A stretch of 64,000 bases of DNA from IMG/VR virus record IMGVR_UViG_3300045412_000547. One strand, given 5' to 3'. Numbering within the stretch: the first letter of the stretch is position 1; each line of letters begins with the position of its first letter. Of the stretch, positions 29,258 through 38,927 are shown piece after piece. Under the pieces are notes generated by a model, which worked only from the letters and a program-made list of their open reading frames with translations, was not told the origin of the DNA and made no database searches. Position numbers and translations under genes: made by a program. Source of the stretch: a virus.

Positions 29258-30651
29258 GCAGTTCTAAATATAGTTTGATTAAGTTGGTTGATTATACCAC
29301 CAAATTGATCTGTTGTATTTAATCCTAATAAATTTCGTTCTTCATTTGAAAGACTAGCAATATCGGCTGCAGCTTGTTGAGTATTTGTATTGACTGTATG
29401 AAAAAGTAAGTTTTTAGATTCCGAAAACATACTTTTTAAAGCGATAGTTATTTTATAAGCATCGGGAATTATAGCTTTAATATTTCTGGTAACTGTTCTT
29501 TGAGATACTGGTGTAGATTGATTAGATGTTGTAAGAGGCCTATTAAAACTACCTCCGGCGCCTCTACTAATTTCATTATTTAAATCATTACTATTTGTAT
29601 TTGCTGTGCTATTGTTTGTTTGGGGGGTGAACTGACGAGTTTCAACTGGTATAGTCAAATCTAATTCTCTTCTAGATCCTTGAAATTCAATTTGCATTCC
29701 TGTTACATAACAAAAAGGTAAAAATTTTACTCCAGGTATTCTAACTTCATATACAGGGGGCGGTTCAACAATAGATTTTGATTGACGCGCAGGTTTATTA
29801 TTGTAAAGAAGTAAGAATACAAGCTGCCAGTTACGCACAACATCATCATAAGTTAAAGAACCAGTATTAATTAAAGGAAAAGAGAACGTAATATCTTCAC
29901 CTTCTGTTGGATAATTAAAAAATTTAGCCCTTTCTTGAAAAGTATAATTGAGCGGGGCTTCTAATGTTTGTAATGCTTCCTGAGCATTAACAATACCTTC
30001 GACCCCGCCTTTTAATAGGCCTAAGAACGGGTTTGTTATATCGCCAGAAAAGCTATTACCGCTGTACCCTTGATAATTTTCAAAATATGGCAATACAAAT
30101 TCCCACCCAGTGTCTTTTGTAATGTATAAATTTCTGTAAGGCTCAAGCCAAGGTGACTGATCATACACATTATTCTCATCTCTAACATCAGAAGCAATTC
30201 TTCTTGTGATATCAGACAAACGAGTACTAATTACGGGTGTTGCTGTAGCACTGATCTGTTCCACTTGTTGTGCTGTAGTCTGGACATTACCTAAAGCACT
30301 ATTAATCATATTATTCATTTCATTAGCAGCTCCCTCTCCAAATATATTTCTAATTATCCCTTGAGCTGAATCTACTGATGCGCCAAAAGAATAAATTAAC
30401 TGAGATACAAGAGCATTAACTTTAAGTCGTTTTTCCTTCAGTATAATTGTCGGTACTTCTTTTCTAGCTTCAGAACCCGGTTTAGAATATGTCCAATAAT
30501 AGTCATTAGCCACATTTAAGCGACCACCCCTTTGACTGCTCCCCGGTGCTACTAGATAGGGTGGATTATAAGTAGAAAAAGGCCCTTGATTAAAAGTACT
30601 ATCTGCAGCAGTCTTATCTTTATAAGCAAAATTCCATATTAACCCCGCCAT
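29254..30651 (-). CDS. Tail tube/baseplate junction protein (gp48-like)
   Basis: ITFSFPLIN..PPPVYEV.IPG..CYVT.M.IEF.G tube-initiator fold; sits between the tape measure gene and gp53. Confidence 0.55.
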   Translation of the reverse strand: MAGLIWNFAYKDKTAADSTFNQGPFSTYNPPYLVAPGSSQRGGRLNVANDYYWTYSKPGSEARKEVPTIILKEKRLKVNALVSQLIYSFGASVDSAQGIIRNIFGEGAANEMNNMINSALGNVQTTAQQVEQISATATPVISTRLSDITRRIASDVRDENNVYDQSPWLEPYRNLYITKDTGWEFVLPYFENYQGYSGNSFSGDITNPFLGLLKGGVEGIVNAQEALQTLEAPLNYTFQERAKFFNYPTEGEDITFSFPLINTGSLTYDDVVRNWQLVFLLLYNNKPARQSKSIVEPPPVYEVRIPGVKFLPFCYVTGMQIEFQGSRRELDLTIPVETRQFTPQTNNSTANTNSNDLNNEISRGAGGSFNRPLTTSNQSTPVSQRTVTRNIKAIIPDAYKITIALKSMFSESKNLLFHTVNTNTQQAAADIASLSNEERNLLGLNTTDQFGGIINQLNQTIFRTA

Positions 30652-30666
30652 AAAATTATTTATTCA

Positions 30667-32811
30667 TTAAACAACAGAACGGGCTATGTTAGATCTATAT
30701 CTTAAAGCTGACGTTTCTGAATTATTAACAACAATATTATTTGGTCTATTATTCATTAAAATATTAGATGAAAAATCCTTATTTCTTATATCCTTGAGAA
30801 ATGGTATATGAGAGTCTACAGCTTTAAGCTGCTTGGCTTGAAGTAAAAGACTTTCTTTATAAAAATTTTCTAAACTAGAGAATTTTTTGTTTAAATCCTT
30901 AACCTCTTTTAAAAGTTTTTCGTTAGATTCTTTTGTTTTTATTGAAAAAGATTCAACAATATTATCTATAGGACCGCCTTTACGCACTGCAAAAAATTGA
31001 TCGTTCTTACTAAAGCGAAATGCCTGTTGACCGGAAAATAAAACTTTATCTTTTGTACTAATAAGGTCGCCCGCTTTTTTAACAGGCAATTCTGTCTTTT
31101 TACGTGTTCCATCAATGTCTTCTAACATATCTTCAATATATTTTGCGTCAGCGAAATCCTGTTCTAATGTTCTTTTAGACTTACCGGTAATTTTGTTCCA
31201 TGCATCTTTCCAAAAAGCAGCAGTAAAGATTTTTGAAAAGAAATCTCGTATTTGAATACCCGTATGAACAACACCCTCTCCAATCCAGTGACCTATTTTC
31301 TGTAGTTCTGTACCTAAAGAAAAGTTTGTGAAAAAATCTTCTAGCTCTTGACTAAAAAACTTAAAGAATGTCAAGTATGGTCCTTCTTTTTTATCTCCGA
31401 ATAAACTATCCCATGCCTTACCTATCCAGTAAGGCAGATCGGCTATCAAAAACTTCATAAACATACCAATCCCTTTATATAGCACCTCAGGAATAGCGGA
31501 AAAAATGAGCCCAAGCTTATTAAGCGTATCTTGTTCTTCAAAAATTTTTCTTATAATTGGTTCTATTTGTTTTAATGTTAAGAACGCAAGAGGAAATAAA
31601 AAACCACTAAACCAACCTACAACATTTAAACCTATAGTAGTAGCAGCAGCAGTTAAAGCAGCGTCATCGATTTTTTCACCTTTTATTTTTCTTTCAACTA
31701 ACTGAAAAATTGTATCTAATGTAGAAATAACAGAACCAATATAAGGTATTTTTCTAATTACTGTGCCAACACCAGGAATTTTTTCTAGCGCTTTAACTGC
31801 ATCTCCTAATTTACCGGCTAAAGACGCAAGAATATTTTTAGCACCATTAATAAACCCATTAAATGCTTTACCAAAACCTTGTAACGCTTTTTGAAAAAGA
31901 GGTTTAGGTTTATCAAGTTGTTTAGTAGTTGTTTCTAGTTCATCTATTAATTTCTCTATTGAATATCCTTCTTGTCGAAATTTCAATAATTCATCTAACA
32001 TTTGTAATTTTTGTTTATTTTGAGCTAAAGCAGGCCCGCCTCCGTAATTAACCCCGAAAGCATATTTTTTTTCTTTTAAATATTCAGTAAGTTCATCTAC
32101 ATTTAAATTACGTATGTAACCTGGTAATTCTTTTAGTTGTTTTGTAAAAGTTTTTATTTCTTTTAGAGCTTTAAGAAAATTTTCGGTTTGCCAGAACCTA
32201 GGAATTTTTAATTCTCTCATAAACTTTCCAAACTTGGATTCCCGCAAAGATTTAGCTATATCATCAAAAATCTGACCTAACTTTGAATTTTTAAACCCTT
32301 TCCATAATTTATCTCTTATAGATTTAAAAACGTTGCCTAGATCTTCACCAAGCTTTAACCCTTTCCACCATGCTTCGAGTCCTTTAAGTTTATCTTTTAA
32401 AAATGCTATAAGCCCAGCTATGAGCCCTACTATAAGAGCTGCTATCATACCCCATAGTCCGGTTTTTTTATCTTCTAGTTCTTTTTTATCTATATTAAAT
32501 GTTAGTAAATTTTTTAAAGCTTTACGAATTCCTTTTTGACCATCAGGAGTAATACTATCAATAGTAATTGGAACGGCTTGAAATATTCTTCTTTTTTGAT
32601 TAAATCTTCTAAGAAGCGTTTTTTCTTTCTTTTCATCTGAAAACAACTTATCTCTTAATCTCTCCATTTCCTGTTCTTTAAACCCAGCAGGAAGTTTAGT
32701 TTGTTCTTCTTGATTGCTTAGAAACAACAGTAGCTGCGATACTTTTTGATCTATAACACCTAAATTATCATTTAATACATTTAGATTGCTGTCTATAGCT
32801 GTATCGTCCAT
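30667..32811 (-). CDS. Probable tape measure protein
   Basis: Long alpha-helical K-rich protein with hydrophobic segments and KIPGVG/KIPYIG motifs, placed after the hub chaperone genes. Confidence 0.55.
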   Translation of the reverse strand: MDDTAIDSNLNVLNDNLGVIDQKVSQLLLFLSNQEEQTKLPAGFKEQEMERLRDKLFSDEKKEKTLLRRFNQKRRIFQAVPITIDSITPDGQKGIRKALKNLLTFNIDKKELEDKKTGLWGMIAALIVGLIAGLIAFLKDKLKGLEAWWKGLKLGEDLGNVFKSIRDKLWKGFKNSKLGQIFDDIAKSLRESKFGKFMRELKIPRFWQTENFLKALKEIKTFTKQLKELPGYIRNLNVDELTEYLKEKKYAFGVNYGGGPALAQNKQKLQMLDELLKFRQEGYSIEKLIDELETTTKQLDKPKPLFQKALQGFGKAFNGFINGAKNILASLAGKLGDAVKALEKIPGVGTVIRKIPYIGSVISTLDTIFQLVERKIKGEKIDDAALTAAATTIGLNVVGWFSGFLFPLAFLTLKQIEPIIRKIFEEQDTLNKLGLIFSAIPEVLYKGIGMFMKFLIADLPYWIGKAWDSLFGDKKEGPYLTFFKFFSQELEDFFTNFSLGTELQKIGHWIGEGVVHTGIQIRDFFSKIFTAAFWKDAWNKITGKSKRTLEQDFADAKYIEDMLEDIDGTRKKTELPVKKAGDLISTKDKVLFSGQQAFRFSKNDQFFAVRKGGPIDNIVESFSIKTKESNEKLLKEVKDLNKKFSSLENFYKESLLLQAKQLKAVDSHIPFLKDIRNKDFSSNILMNNRPNNIVVNNSETSALRYRSNIARSVV

Positions 32812-32838
32812 ATGAATATTTAACGAAAAATACTAAAA

Positions 32839-33591
32839 TTAGACGGTAAAAAACGAAGCATCTATAGAAAACTCAACTAAATTGCCATCTAATGTAAAAA
32901 ACTTTTGTTCAAATTGTTTTGTTTCATTTATATAAGACAAAATAAGGGTATTAGATGTAAGAGGTAGCTTTTCTACTAATTGTTTCTTTTGATTAAAGGT
33001 AATTTCATTAAAATTAATATCTACAGTATTGCTACCGTTATTAAACTCAATTCTATTAATATATTTTATAAGTTCATTAACGTACATTTCACCAATTGTT
33101 TCTTTTGTCAGTTCCTCTTTATTTTCTAAGGAAGTAACAAGCTTTTTAGATTCTTCATTGATTTCTACTTCGGTTTTAAAATTTGGAATAGCTAGATGTA
33201 TTTTTAATGCGCCGTCCTCTACTGTTTTTAACTTTAAATCTGTAGGAAGTGAAATGTGATTGTAAAGAACAAAAGAAATATCTTTTTTTTCATTAGAAAC
33301 CGTGACAATTGGACTTAATGAAACAGCTCTTAATGATGATATGATGTAAGATCTGTCTGTAATTAAAAAATTAATTCCCTTTTCAAGACTACAATCGTTA
33401 ACTATATCACAAAGTAGGTTTACAAATGAAATCCCTGCTACATTTTTATCTAAAGCGCTTTTTACAACGTCTTTTTGCTGTTTTGTTGTTAGGCCTTTAA
33501 ATTTTAACTGCCTGTTAAGAGAAGGTACAAAAATATTATGCTCTTTATTAAGAGCCGACAAAACATCTAGCGTTTTATCAAAGTTTTCCAT
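32839..33591 (-). CDS. Baseplate hub assembly chaperone (gp26-like)
   Basis: IFVPSLNRQLKFKGLTTKQQK..D..YII..LR..S. Confidence 0.65.
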   Translation of the reverse strand: MENFDKTLDVLSALNKEHNIFVPSLNRQLKFKGLTTKQQKDVVKSALDKNVAGISFVNLLCDIVNDCSLEKGINFLITDRSYIISSLRAVSLSPIVTVSNEKKDISFVLYNHISLPTDLKLKTVEDGALKIHLAIPNFKTEVEINEESKKLVTSLENKEELTKETIGEMYVNELIKYINRIEFNNGSNTVDINFNEITFNQKKQLVEKLPLTSNTLILSYINETKQFEQKFFTLDGNLVEFSIDASFFTV

Positions 33592-33595
33592 ATAA

Positions 33596-34444
33596 TTATT
33601 TACCTAAGGGTATAGATTTTTCAACATTGCTGTTTTTTGAATTCTCCATCTTTTCATATTCTTTTTCTAAAAGATTTTGAAGTATAAGATTTTCAGCTAA
33701 AGTGTTTTTATCGATGTATTCAGCAGAAAATTGTGTTTTGCTAACTAAAATATATTGTAATTCGTATAGATTTGTAAGATTTGAATTATATAGAGCCTTA
33801 AGTAGTTCCAGCATAGAAGCATCATATGGTCTTAACGGTATAACCGGGCCAATTTTCATATCCAAATTTAAATTTTTAAAATCATTACTTAAAACTGTAA
33901 AATATTCCTGTAAATACTTTGTAGTACAAATAGGTATGCTTTGAAAAAGTCTGTTTTTTTCTTCTATTGAAAGTTTATTAACTAATATTTCTTCTTTTTC
34001 TGTTTTAACTACATGAAGCAAATCATAAAACACATCAAACATATCGTTAAATGTAAAGCTATATGGAAGACCAAGTAAAAAAGAAATATTATCTATATTT
34101 ATTTCGTTTGAAAACTCTGTTTTAATGTCAAGACACTGTTGAAGAAAGGGTATAAGAGGGAATTTGTAGTTACCGCCCTCTTTTTTGTACTCAACATTAG
34201 GAGAAACAGATATACATCTAAGCATTAGTAATGAACAAAATTTGTCATAGCTAGTTAACTGCGATAAGACATCTTTTTCTACTATATTTTCTTGTAAAAT
34301 TTTTGTAAAATAATCAGAAATATGCGTATCGTTGTTGTTAGTAATAAACTTGTTAAGAGTTTTGTATTGAGCAAACGAAAGTTCTTTTAACTTAATGTCC
34401 TTTTGTAGGGTAGGAGCATAGCCATTAAAGAAAAAATCACCCAT
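33596..34444 (-). CDS. Second gp26-like chaperone with a gp51-like C-terminus
   Basis: PTLQKDIKLKEL..QYK..LTSYDKF..LLMLR..S; C-terminal L.NLYELQY.L....FS..YID..T..E. Confidence 0.5.
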   Translation of the reverse strand: MGDFFFNGYAPTLQKDIKLKELSFAQYKTLNKFITNNNDTHISDYFTKILQENIVEKDVLSQLTSYDKFCSLLMLRCISVSPNVEYKKEGGNYKFPLIPFLQQCLDIKTEFSNEINIDNISFLLGLPYSFTFNDMFDVFYDLLHVVKTEKEEILVNKLSIEEKNRLFQSIPICTTKYLQEYFTVLSNDFKNLNLDMKIGPVIPLRPYDASMLELLKALYNSNLTNLYELQYILVSKTQFSAEYIDKNTLAENLILQNLLEKEYEKMENSKNSNVEKSIPLGK

Positions 34445-34462
34445 GTAATAATTTATTAGGGT

Positions 34463-35356
34463 TTAGATAAATCCTATGGGATTAATACTACCAATACCAT
34501 TTTGAAATGTTGTAACGCGCGGTATAGCACCCTGCTGAATACGGTTAATAATGTCTGCTAAGGCTAAATAATTGTTATTTTCTACAGTATAATTTGAAAA
34601 TGTCCATCTAGTACTAAAGATATCTAATTTATCGGTATCATAATCAAATGTTTCCTCACCAATATTGTAGGGAATACAGTTATAAAACGTCCATATCTTA
34701 CGAGGAATCATAGAAATAGCTCTCAATGTGCGTGTATATTGAAAAATTTGAATATTACATTTAATATTTTTATCATCTTTGCGCTGCCCATTATCGCCCG
34801 GGCGAGCCACCATTCCGTAATGTGAAGCTAAAATTGTCCAAGGACGTATGACAAAGTCTATAAACGATGTATTGGTTTCTCTAAAATCAATTGTTAAAGT
34901 TTTAGGGGTATTCGTTCTAGGGCCTCCTAATATACCAGGTAAATAACCACGGTTATTAGAAACTGAAACGGATTCGGGATCAAATTCTTCTGATGGTAGT
35001 GTTATAGAACTAGCAAATAAGCACCCAATTATCTTTTGATAAAATAAACTATTCAAAAGAGTTGTTGCCGGGTTTATATCAAACCCTCGACGCCCGCCAT
35101 CTATACGTTCTAAGCCTTGTATAATACTTGTGCGTAATGCTTTAGGGTAATTATCTACTACCATTACCCATTGTGTTGATGTTGGTATAGAAGAAAACCA
35201 AGATTCCATTTGTACTAAAAAATAATCTCGTACGCTTATAATAGGTACAGCAGGGAGATTAAAACCAAATAAACTAGCGAACTGAGGTGCAAAAGTAAAC
35301 TGATTAAGATTTTGTGAAATTCCTCCTAGAAAGGAACTATTCGGGTCCGATATCAC
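34463..35356 (-). CDS. Tail-tube-fold baseplate protein (gp54-like)
   Basis: SITLP..LTIDFRET..W..I.I.QY..WTFYNCIP..IG; directly after the tail tube gene. Confidence 0.6.
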   Translation of the reverse strand: MISDPNSSFLGGISQNLNQFTFAPQFASLFGFNLPAVPIISVRDYFLVQMESWFSSIPTSTQWVMVVDNYPKALRTSIIQGLERIDGGRRGFDINPATTLLNSLFYQKIIGCLFASSITLPSEEFDPESVSVSNNRGYLPGILGGPRTNTPKTLTIDFRETNTSFIDFVIRPWTILASHYGMVARPGDNGQRKDDKNIKCNIQIFQYTRTLRAISMIPRKIWTFYNCIPYNIGEETFDYDTDKLDIFSTRWTFSNYTVENNNYLALADIINRIQQGAIPRVTTFQNGIGSINPIGFI

Positions 35357-35381
35357 CTAATTATTTATTAGGGAAACCTAA

Positions 35382-35930
35382 TTAGCTCACAATTCTATAG
35401 TAATGATAGGCTAATGTACCTGTAAATTCTATTGTATCGCCTGTACCGGTAGCAATATTATATGTAAGTGCACCTACTTGACGAGGGGAAACACCAACTA
35501 ACTGATACTGCTGTACACGGTTCAACTGATTGTCAAGCTGTACCAAGTCAATAACAGATGTTTGGTTTGGTGTAAAATAATTTCCCGTGCTGGTGGCATC
35601 ATCAAACGTGTCTCTTGTCCATTGTTCAAACTTTTGACGAATTTGGGAATTTGCATCTGCATAGAACGTTACGTCCCATGCATCGCTCCCCGGGTATGTT
35701 GCAGTACCTGGTATATTAAAATTGAGACCCATGTAAGGAACCGTAATATTTGTAATTGAACGCGCTGGTAATGAAGTTGATTTAATATAGACTAAATCGT
35801 TGTTATCGAATGTTACGCCACTGGCACCACCGGCGTTAATGTTTAATACACGAAAATTAAAGTCGCGTGCAAATTCTCTTGATGTTGCTACTCTGTAAAA
35901 GTCGGTTATAAGTTGATTTACATCGGCCAT
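35382..35930 (-). CDS. gp19: Tail tube protein
   Basis: IKSTSLP......VPY.G....PG...Y...W.VTFY.D....IR..FEQW..LVQLD. Confidence 0.9.
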   Translation of the reverse strand: MADVNQLITDFYRVATSREFARDFNFRVLNINAGGASGVTFDNNDLVYIKSTSLPARSITNITVPYMGLNFNIPGTATYPGSDAWDVTFYADANSQIRQKFEQWTRDTFDDATSTGNYFTPNQTSVIDLVQLDNQLNRVQQYQLVGVSPRQVGALTYNIATGTGDTIEFTGTLAYHYYRIVS

Positions 35931-35945
35931 AAAATTATTTATCCC

Positions 35946-38231
35946 TTACGTTACGATCTCCTGGAAGTTTGTACCAGTTCTCGTAGCATAGAAGTTACAT
36001 AATATAAATTCTGCTGTACGTACCGGCTTCACATAAATATCAATTACAAGTACCCCGTCATCAATAATTTCTGGTGTGTTGTTACGTTCGTCACAGATAA
36101 TTAAGTAATCAAATATACCCTGTGTATTCTTTGCATTATCAAATATCGGTGTGATTGTATTAACCACATTAGTACGTGTAAACAGTGTATTCGGTTCGAA
36201 CACAAAAAACTTGACGGTCTCACGTGTTCTGTTCTCTAAGCTTAAGAATAACCTACGGACGTTAATGCGATCAAATACGCTGGGCTTTTGCTGCAGGGTC
36301 TTTTGACCAAAGATTACGAATCCTTCGGCAGGGAAGAACGCAATCGGATTAATACCGATCTTATACAACTGATCGCGCTGTTTTTGTTTTGGATAAAACG
36401 CTAAATCATTAAGGCCTGTTACAATACCGCGTGTAAATCCTGCAGGTGCATACCAAGGCTGATATGTTGAGTCTGTATTTGCAAAGTTAGCAGCAGCAAA
36501 TCCAGAGAACGGTACCCAGATTTGTTGATTTGTAATAACATCTACCGTCCGACCACAATTTGCAAAGGTACAAGCATAGTTTGTATTAATGGCATTAAAT
36601 TGATTACGTAAAGGCCAGTAGATATTTGTTGAAAAGCTCTTTGTAGGATCATCTAGCGTCTTAACATTAAGTCCCTGTACAAAAATATTTGTAATAGGAT
36701 CTGCAATATAAATATGATCTTTACGCTTGTTAGAAGCAAAGTTAATAAATTCATTTGCAACACCTAAATAATTTTGTATGACAGAAGGAATTACTCGAAG
36801 ATCGGATGCACTTAACGCGTTGATCGCACCGTATACAATAGAATCATCGAAGTAACCGTCTGTTAATGGGTTAAACGAATTGATATAAACGGTACCTAAG
36901 CCGGCTTCAACCGTTATGTTAATCGGATATACATCTGCATTTTCAAGTTTATCAAAGGCTGCTACTAATTTAGCAGGAACATTACCAATAACCTTAGTAG
37001 TAAGATCTGTGCTCTCGTAGTCGCCTAGTGAAAACAATGCGTTTGTTGTACCGTATGTATTAATAAAAGCTTGTAAAGATGCGGAAGGAGCGCCAAGACG
37101 GGTTTCATATTCATCTGCACTTTCATCAACTTTCGGAGTTGCTATGGGTTCACTCAAGAACCTTACCATTTTTGAAGGTATACCAGAGAGATCTAACCAT
37201 GTTGTTGTAGCTTTATTAGAAATATAGGGATTAACAAGCGTCGTTATATTTAAAGACGTATCATCAAGATTTTCTAAAAAGAAGCTGGTGGGTGGTCCGC
37301 CATTTACGTTATTGATCTGCCTAAAATTATCAAATGAACCAATAAAGCCTTCTTCTAGAACATAATCAAGAGCGATTGTATCTGGTGAAAAGATAGATTG
37401 ACGTAGTTTGAATAAGCCTACAATAGCGGTATCATTAAATTGTGGATTATAAATATTAAATGTAGGGATATTTTCAAGTACTTCTGATATACTCCCGGCT
37501 ACACCAGCGGGAGCAGCACTGAGAGGGAAGTTTAATCTAACGCTAGGTATATCAATATAGTTATTGATAAATAGGTTGCTATTATTAATTGTTTTAATAG
37601 CATTTATATCGTTAAAAGGAGTAGCCGGATCAAGATTAGTATTATCAACGATACCTACATAATAACCTTCGTAACGAGAATTAATAGATGACTGCGATTT
37701 GTTGAGAATAATTAAACCAGCAGCACTTAAAGAAGGTACAGTTTCAAATGTTGCAACACCACCCGTATCAGCGCTCCAATTAAAAGCGTTACCTCTTAAA
37801 ATATCTAGATATTCTACTTCAGATAATCTTACATGTGTCGGTTTACCAAAATAATAATGAGAATTTGCAGTTGTAAGTGATGTGCTTGAAGCACTGTTAA
37901 CATATGAAACCACTGGATATACTAATGCACTAAAATTTTGACTTGTACCTACTCCGGCGCCACCACCATAAGGTAGGCGATACACAAGAACATCAGCAGG
38001 GCTCTGAAAAACTGCTTTTACAGTATGATAAAAATATCTCTCAGCAGCATTTGTGGGTTGGCCAAAGATTTGTTCAAATTGTGAAATACTTGCAATTTTA
38101 AAAGGCTCGGCAACAGGACCTCTTGAAGCAAAACCAGGTACAAAAACTGTGGTTGCAGCTTGTCCTATAGCTGCTAATGAAAGGTCTACTTCTTTAATTT
38201 CAACACCGGGGCTTTGGATCGTACGTGCCAT
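35946..38231 (-). CDS. gp18: Contractile tail sheath protein
   Basis: SPGVEIKEVDLS, PWYAPAGFTRG, QRDQLY..GINP, GQKTL, DRINVRRL, CDERNNT. Confidence 0.97.
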   Translation of the reverse strand: MARTIQSPGVEIKEVDLSLAAIGQAATTVFVPGFASRGPVAEPFKIASISQFEQIFGQPTNAAERYFYHTVKAVFQSPADVLVYRLPYGGGAGVGTSQNFSALVYPVVSYVNSASSTSLTTANSHYYFGKPTHVRLSEVEYLDILRGNAFNWSADTGGVATFETVPSLSAAGLIILNKSQSSINSRYEGYYVGIVDNTNLDPATPFNDINAIKTINNSNLFINNYIDIPSVRLNFPLSAAPAGVAGSISEVLENIPTFNIYNPQFNDTAIVGLFKLRQSIFSPDTIALDYVLEEGFIGSFDNFRQINNVNGGPPTSFFLENLDDTSLNITTLVNPYISNKATTTWLDLSGIPSKMVRFLSEPIATPKVDESADEYETRLGAPSASLQAFINTYGTTNALFSLGDYESTDLTTKVIGNVPAKLVAAFDKLENADVYPINITVEAGLGTVYINSFNPLTDGYFDDSIVYGAINALSASDLRVIPSVIQNYLGVANEFINFASNKRKDHIYIADPITNIFVQGLNVKTLDDPTKSFSTNIYWPLRNQFNAINTNYACTFANCGRTVDVITNQQIWVPFSGFAAANFANTDSTYQPWYAPAGFTRGIVTGLNDLAFYPKQKQRDQLYKIGINPIAFFPAEGFVIFGQKTLQQKPSVFDRINVRRLFLSLENRTRETVKFFVFEPNTLFTRTNVVNTITPIFDNAKNTQGIFDYLIICDERNNTPEIIDDGVLVIDIYVKPVRTAEFILCNFYATRTGTNFQEIVT

Positions 38232-38237
38232 ATAAAT

Positions 38238-38244
38238 TATTTAT
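38238..38244 (-). promoter_or_regulatory. Late promoter ATAAATA (tail sheath)
   Basis: 6 nt before ATG. Equivalent boxes at 3812, 9951, 14500, 16093, 30657, 32817, 33597, 35362, 35936, 44461, 46201 (minus) and 23150, 40640, 40923, 41548, 44474, 54862 (plus). Confidence 0.8.
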
Positions 38245-38276
38245 GTTTTTTTGGATAAAGTTTTTTACTTTTTTCT

Positions 38277-38924
38277 TTACATATCTACATCTTTTACTAA
38301 GGAGACATAAAACTGGGAGTAACTAAACGCAAAGCTTGTTTCTATTTCAGTACCATCCCGGTAGTTAAAATTTATGCCACCTAGGAATGTAGGGAATGAC
38401 TGAATATATTTAAACTGTACGGTTTTTTTGTTATATTCATCTAAAGCATATATAGAAATATCGGCTCTATAGTTTAAGTTGACTTCTCTAACTAAGTTTA
38501 TATCTTCAGGTTTAGAGATACCGAATTCTTTAAGAGCTTTAGGAGTTTTAGTCAAATTATCTATATCGAATGTTCCTTGTTTTTCGTCATTAAATAAGTT
38601 TAACCATGTATAAATGACCCAATAATTATTAAATCTATTATCAACCGTAAAGTTTACAACCATGGGAGGATAAGGATTTCTATTATAACTGCTAGTTGTC
38701 AATGTTTGACCCCCATATCTAACTACTGAGGCACTTATTTCAATGTCTGGAACAATAATACCAAATACTGAAAACTGAAGAGTATCCGGTATAATAATAT
38801 TGTTATCTCTTACATCTTTTGTAGAAATTTGTTTAAGAGCGGGCGGTACATTAAACGACATTAAAAATTTATCGCGGCGTGATTTATTAAAAGGGCTCTG
38901 CTGTAAAGGAGTAAGAATACTCAT
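38277..38924 (-). CDS. Tail tube terminator / completion protein (gp3-like)
   Basis: VP.I....Y.P..VNFTVDN...NYWVIYTWL..QF.YIQSFPT.LGGINF..F.YS.F. Confidence 0.7.
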   Translation of the reverse strand: MSILTPLQQSPFNKSRRDKFLMSFNVPPALKQISTKDVRDNNIIIPDTLQFSVFGIIVPDIEISASVVRYGGQTLTTSSYNRNPYPPMVVNFTVDNRFNNYWVIYTWLNLFNDEKQGTFDIDNLTKTPKALKEFGISKPEDINLVREVNLNYRADISIYALDEYNKKTVQFKYIQSFPTFLGGINFNYRDGTEIETSFAFSYSQFYVSLVKDVDM

Positions 38925-38927
38925 ATA

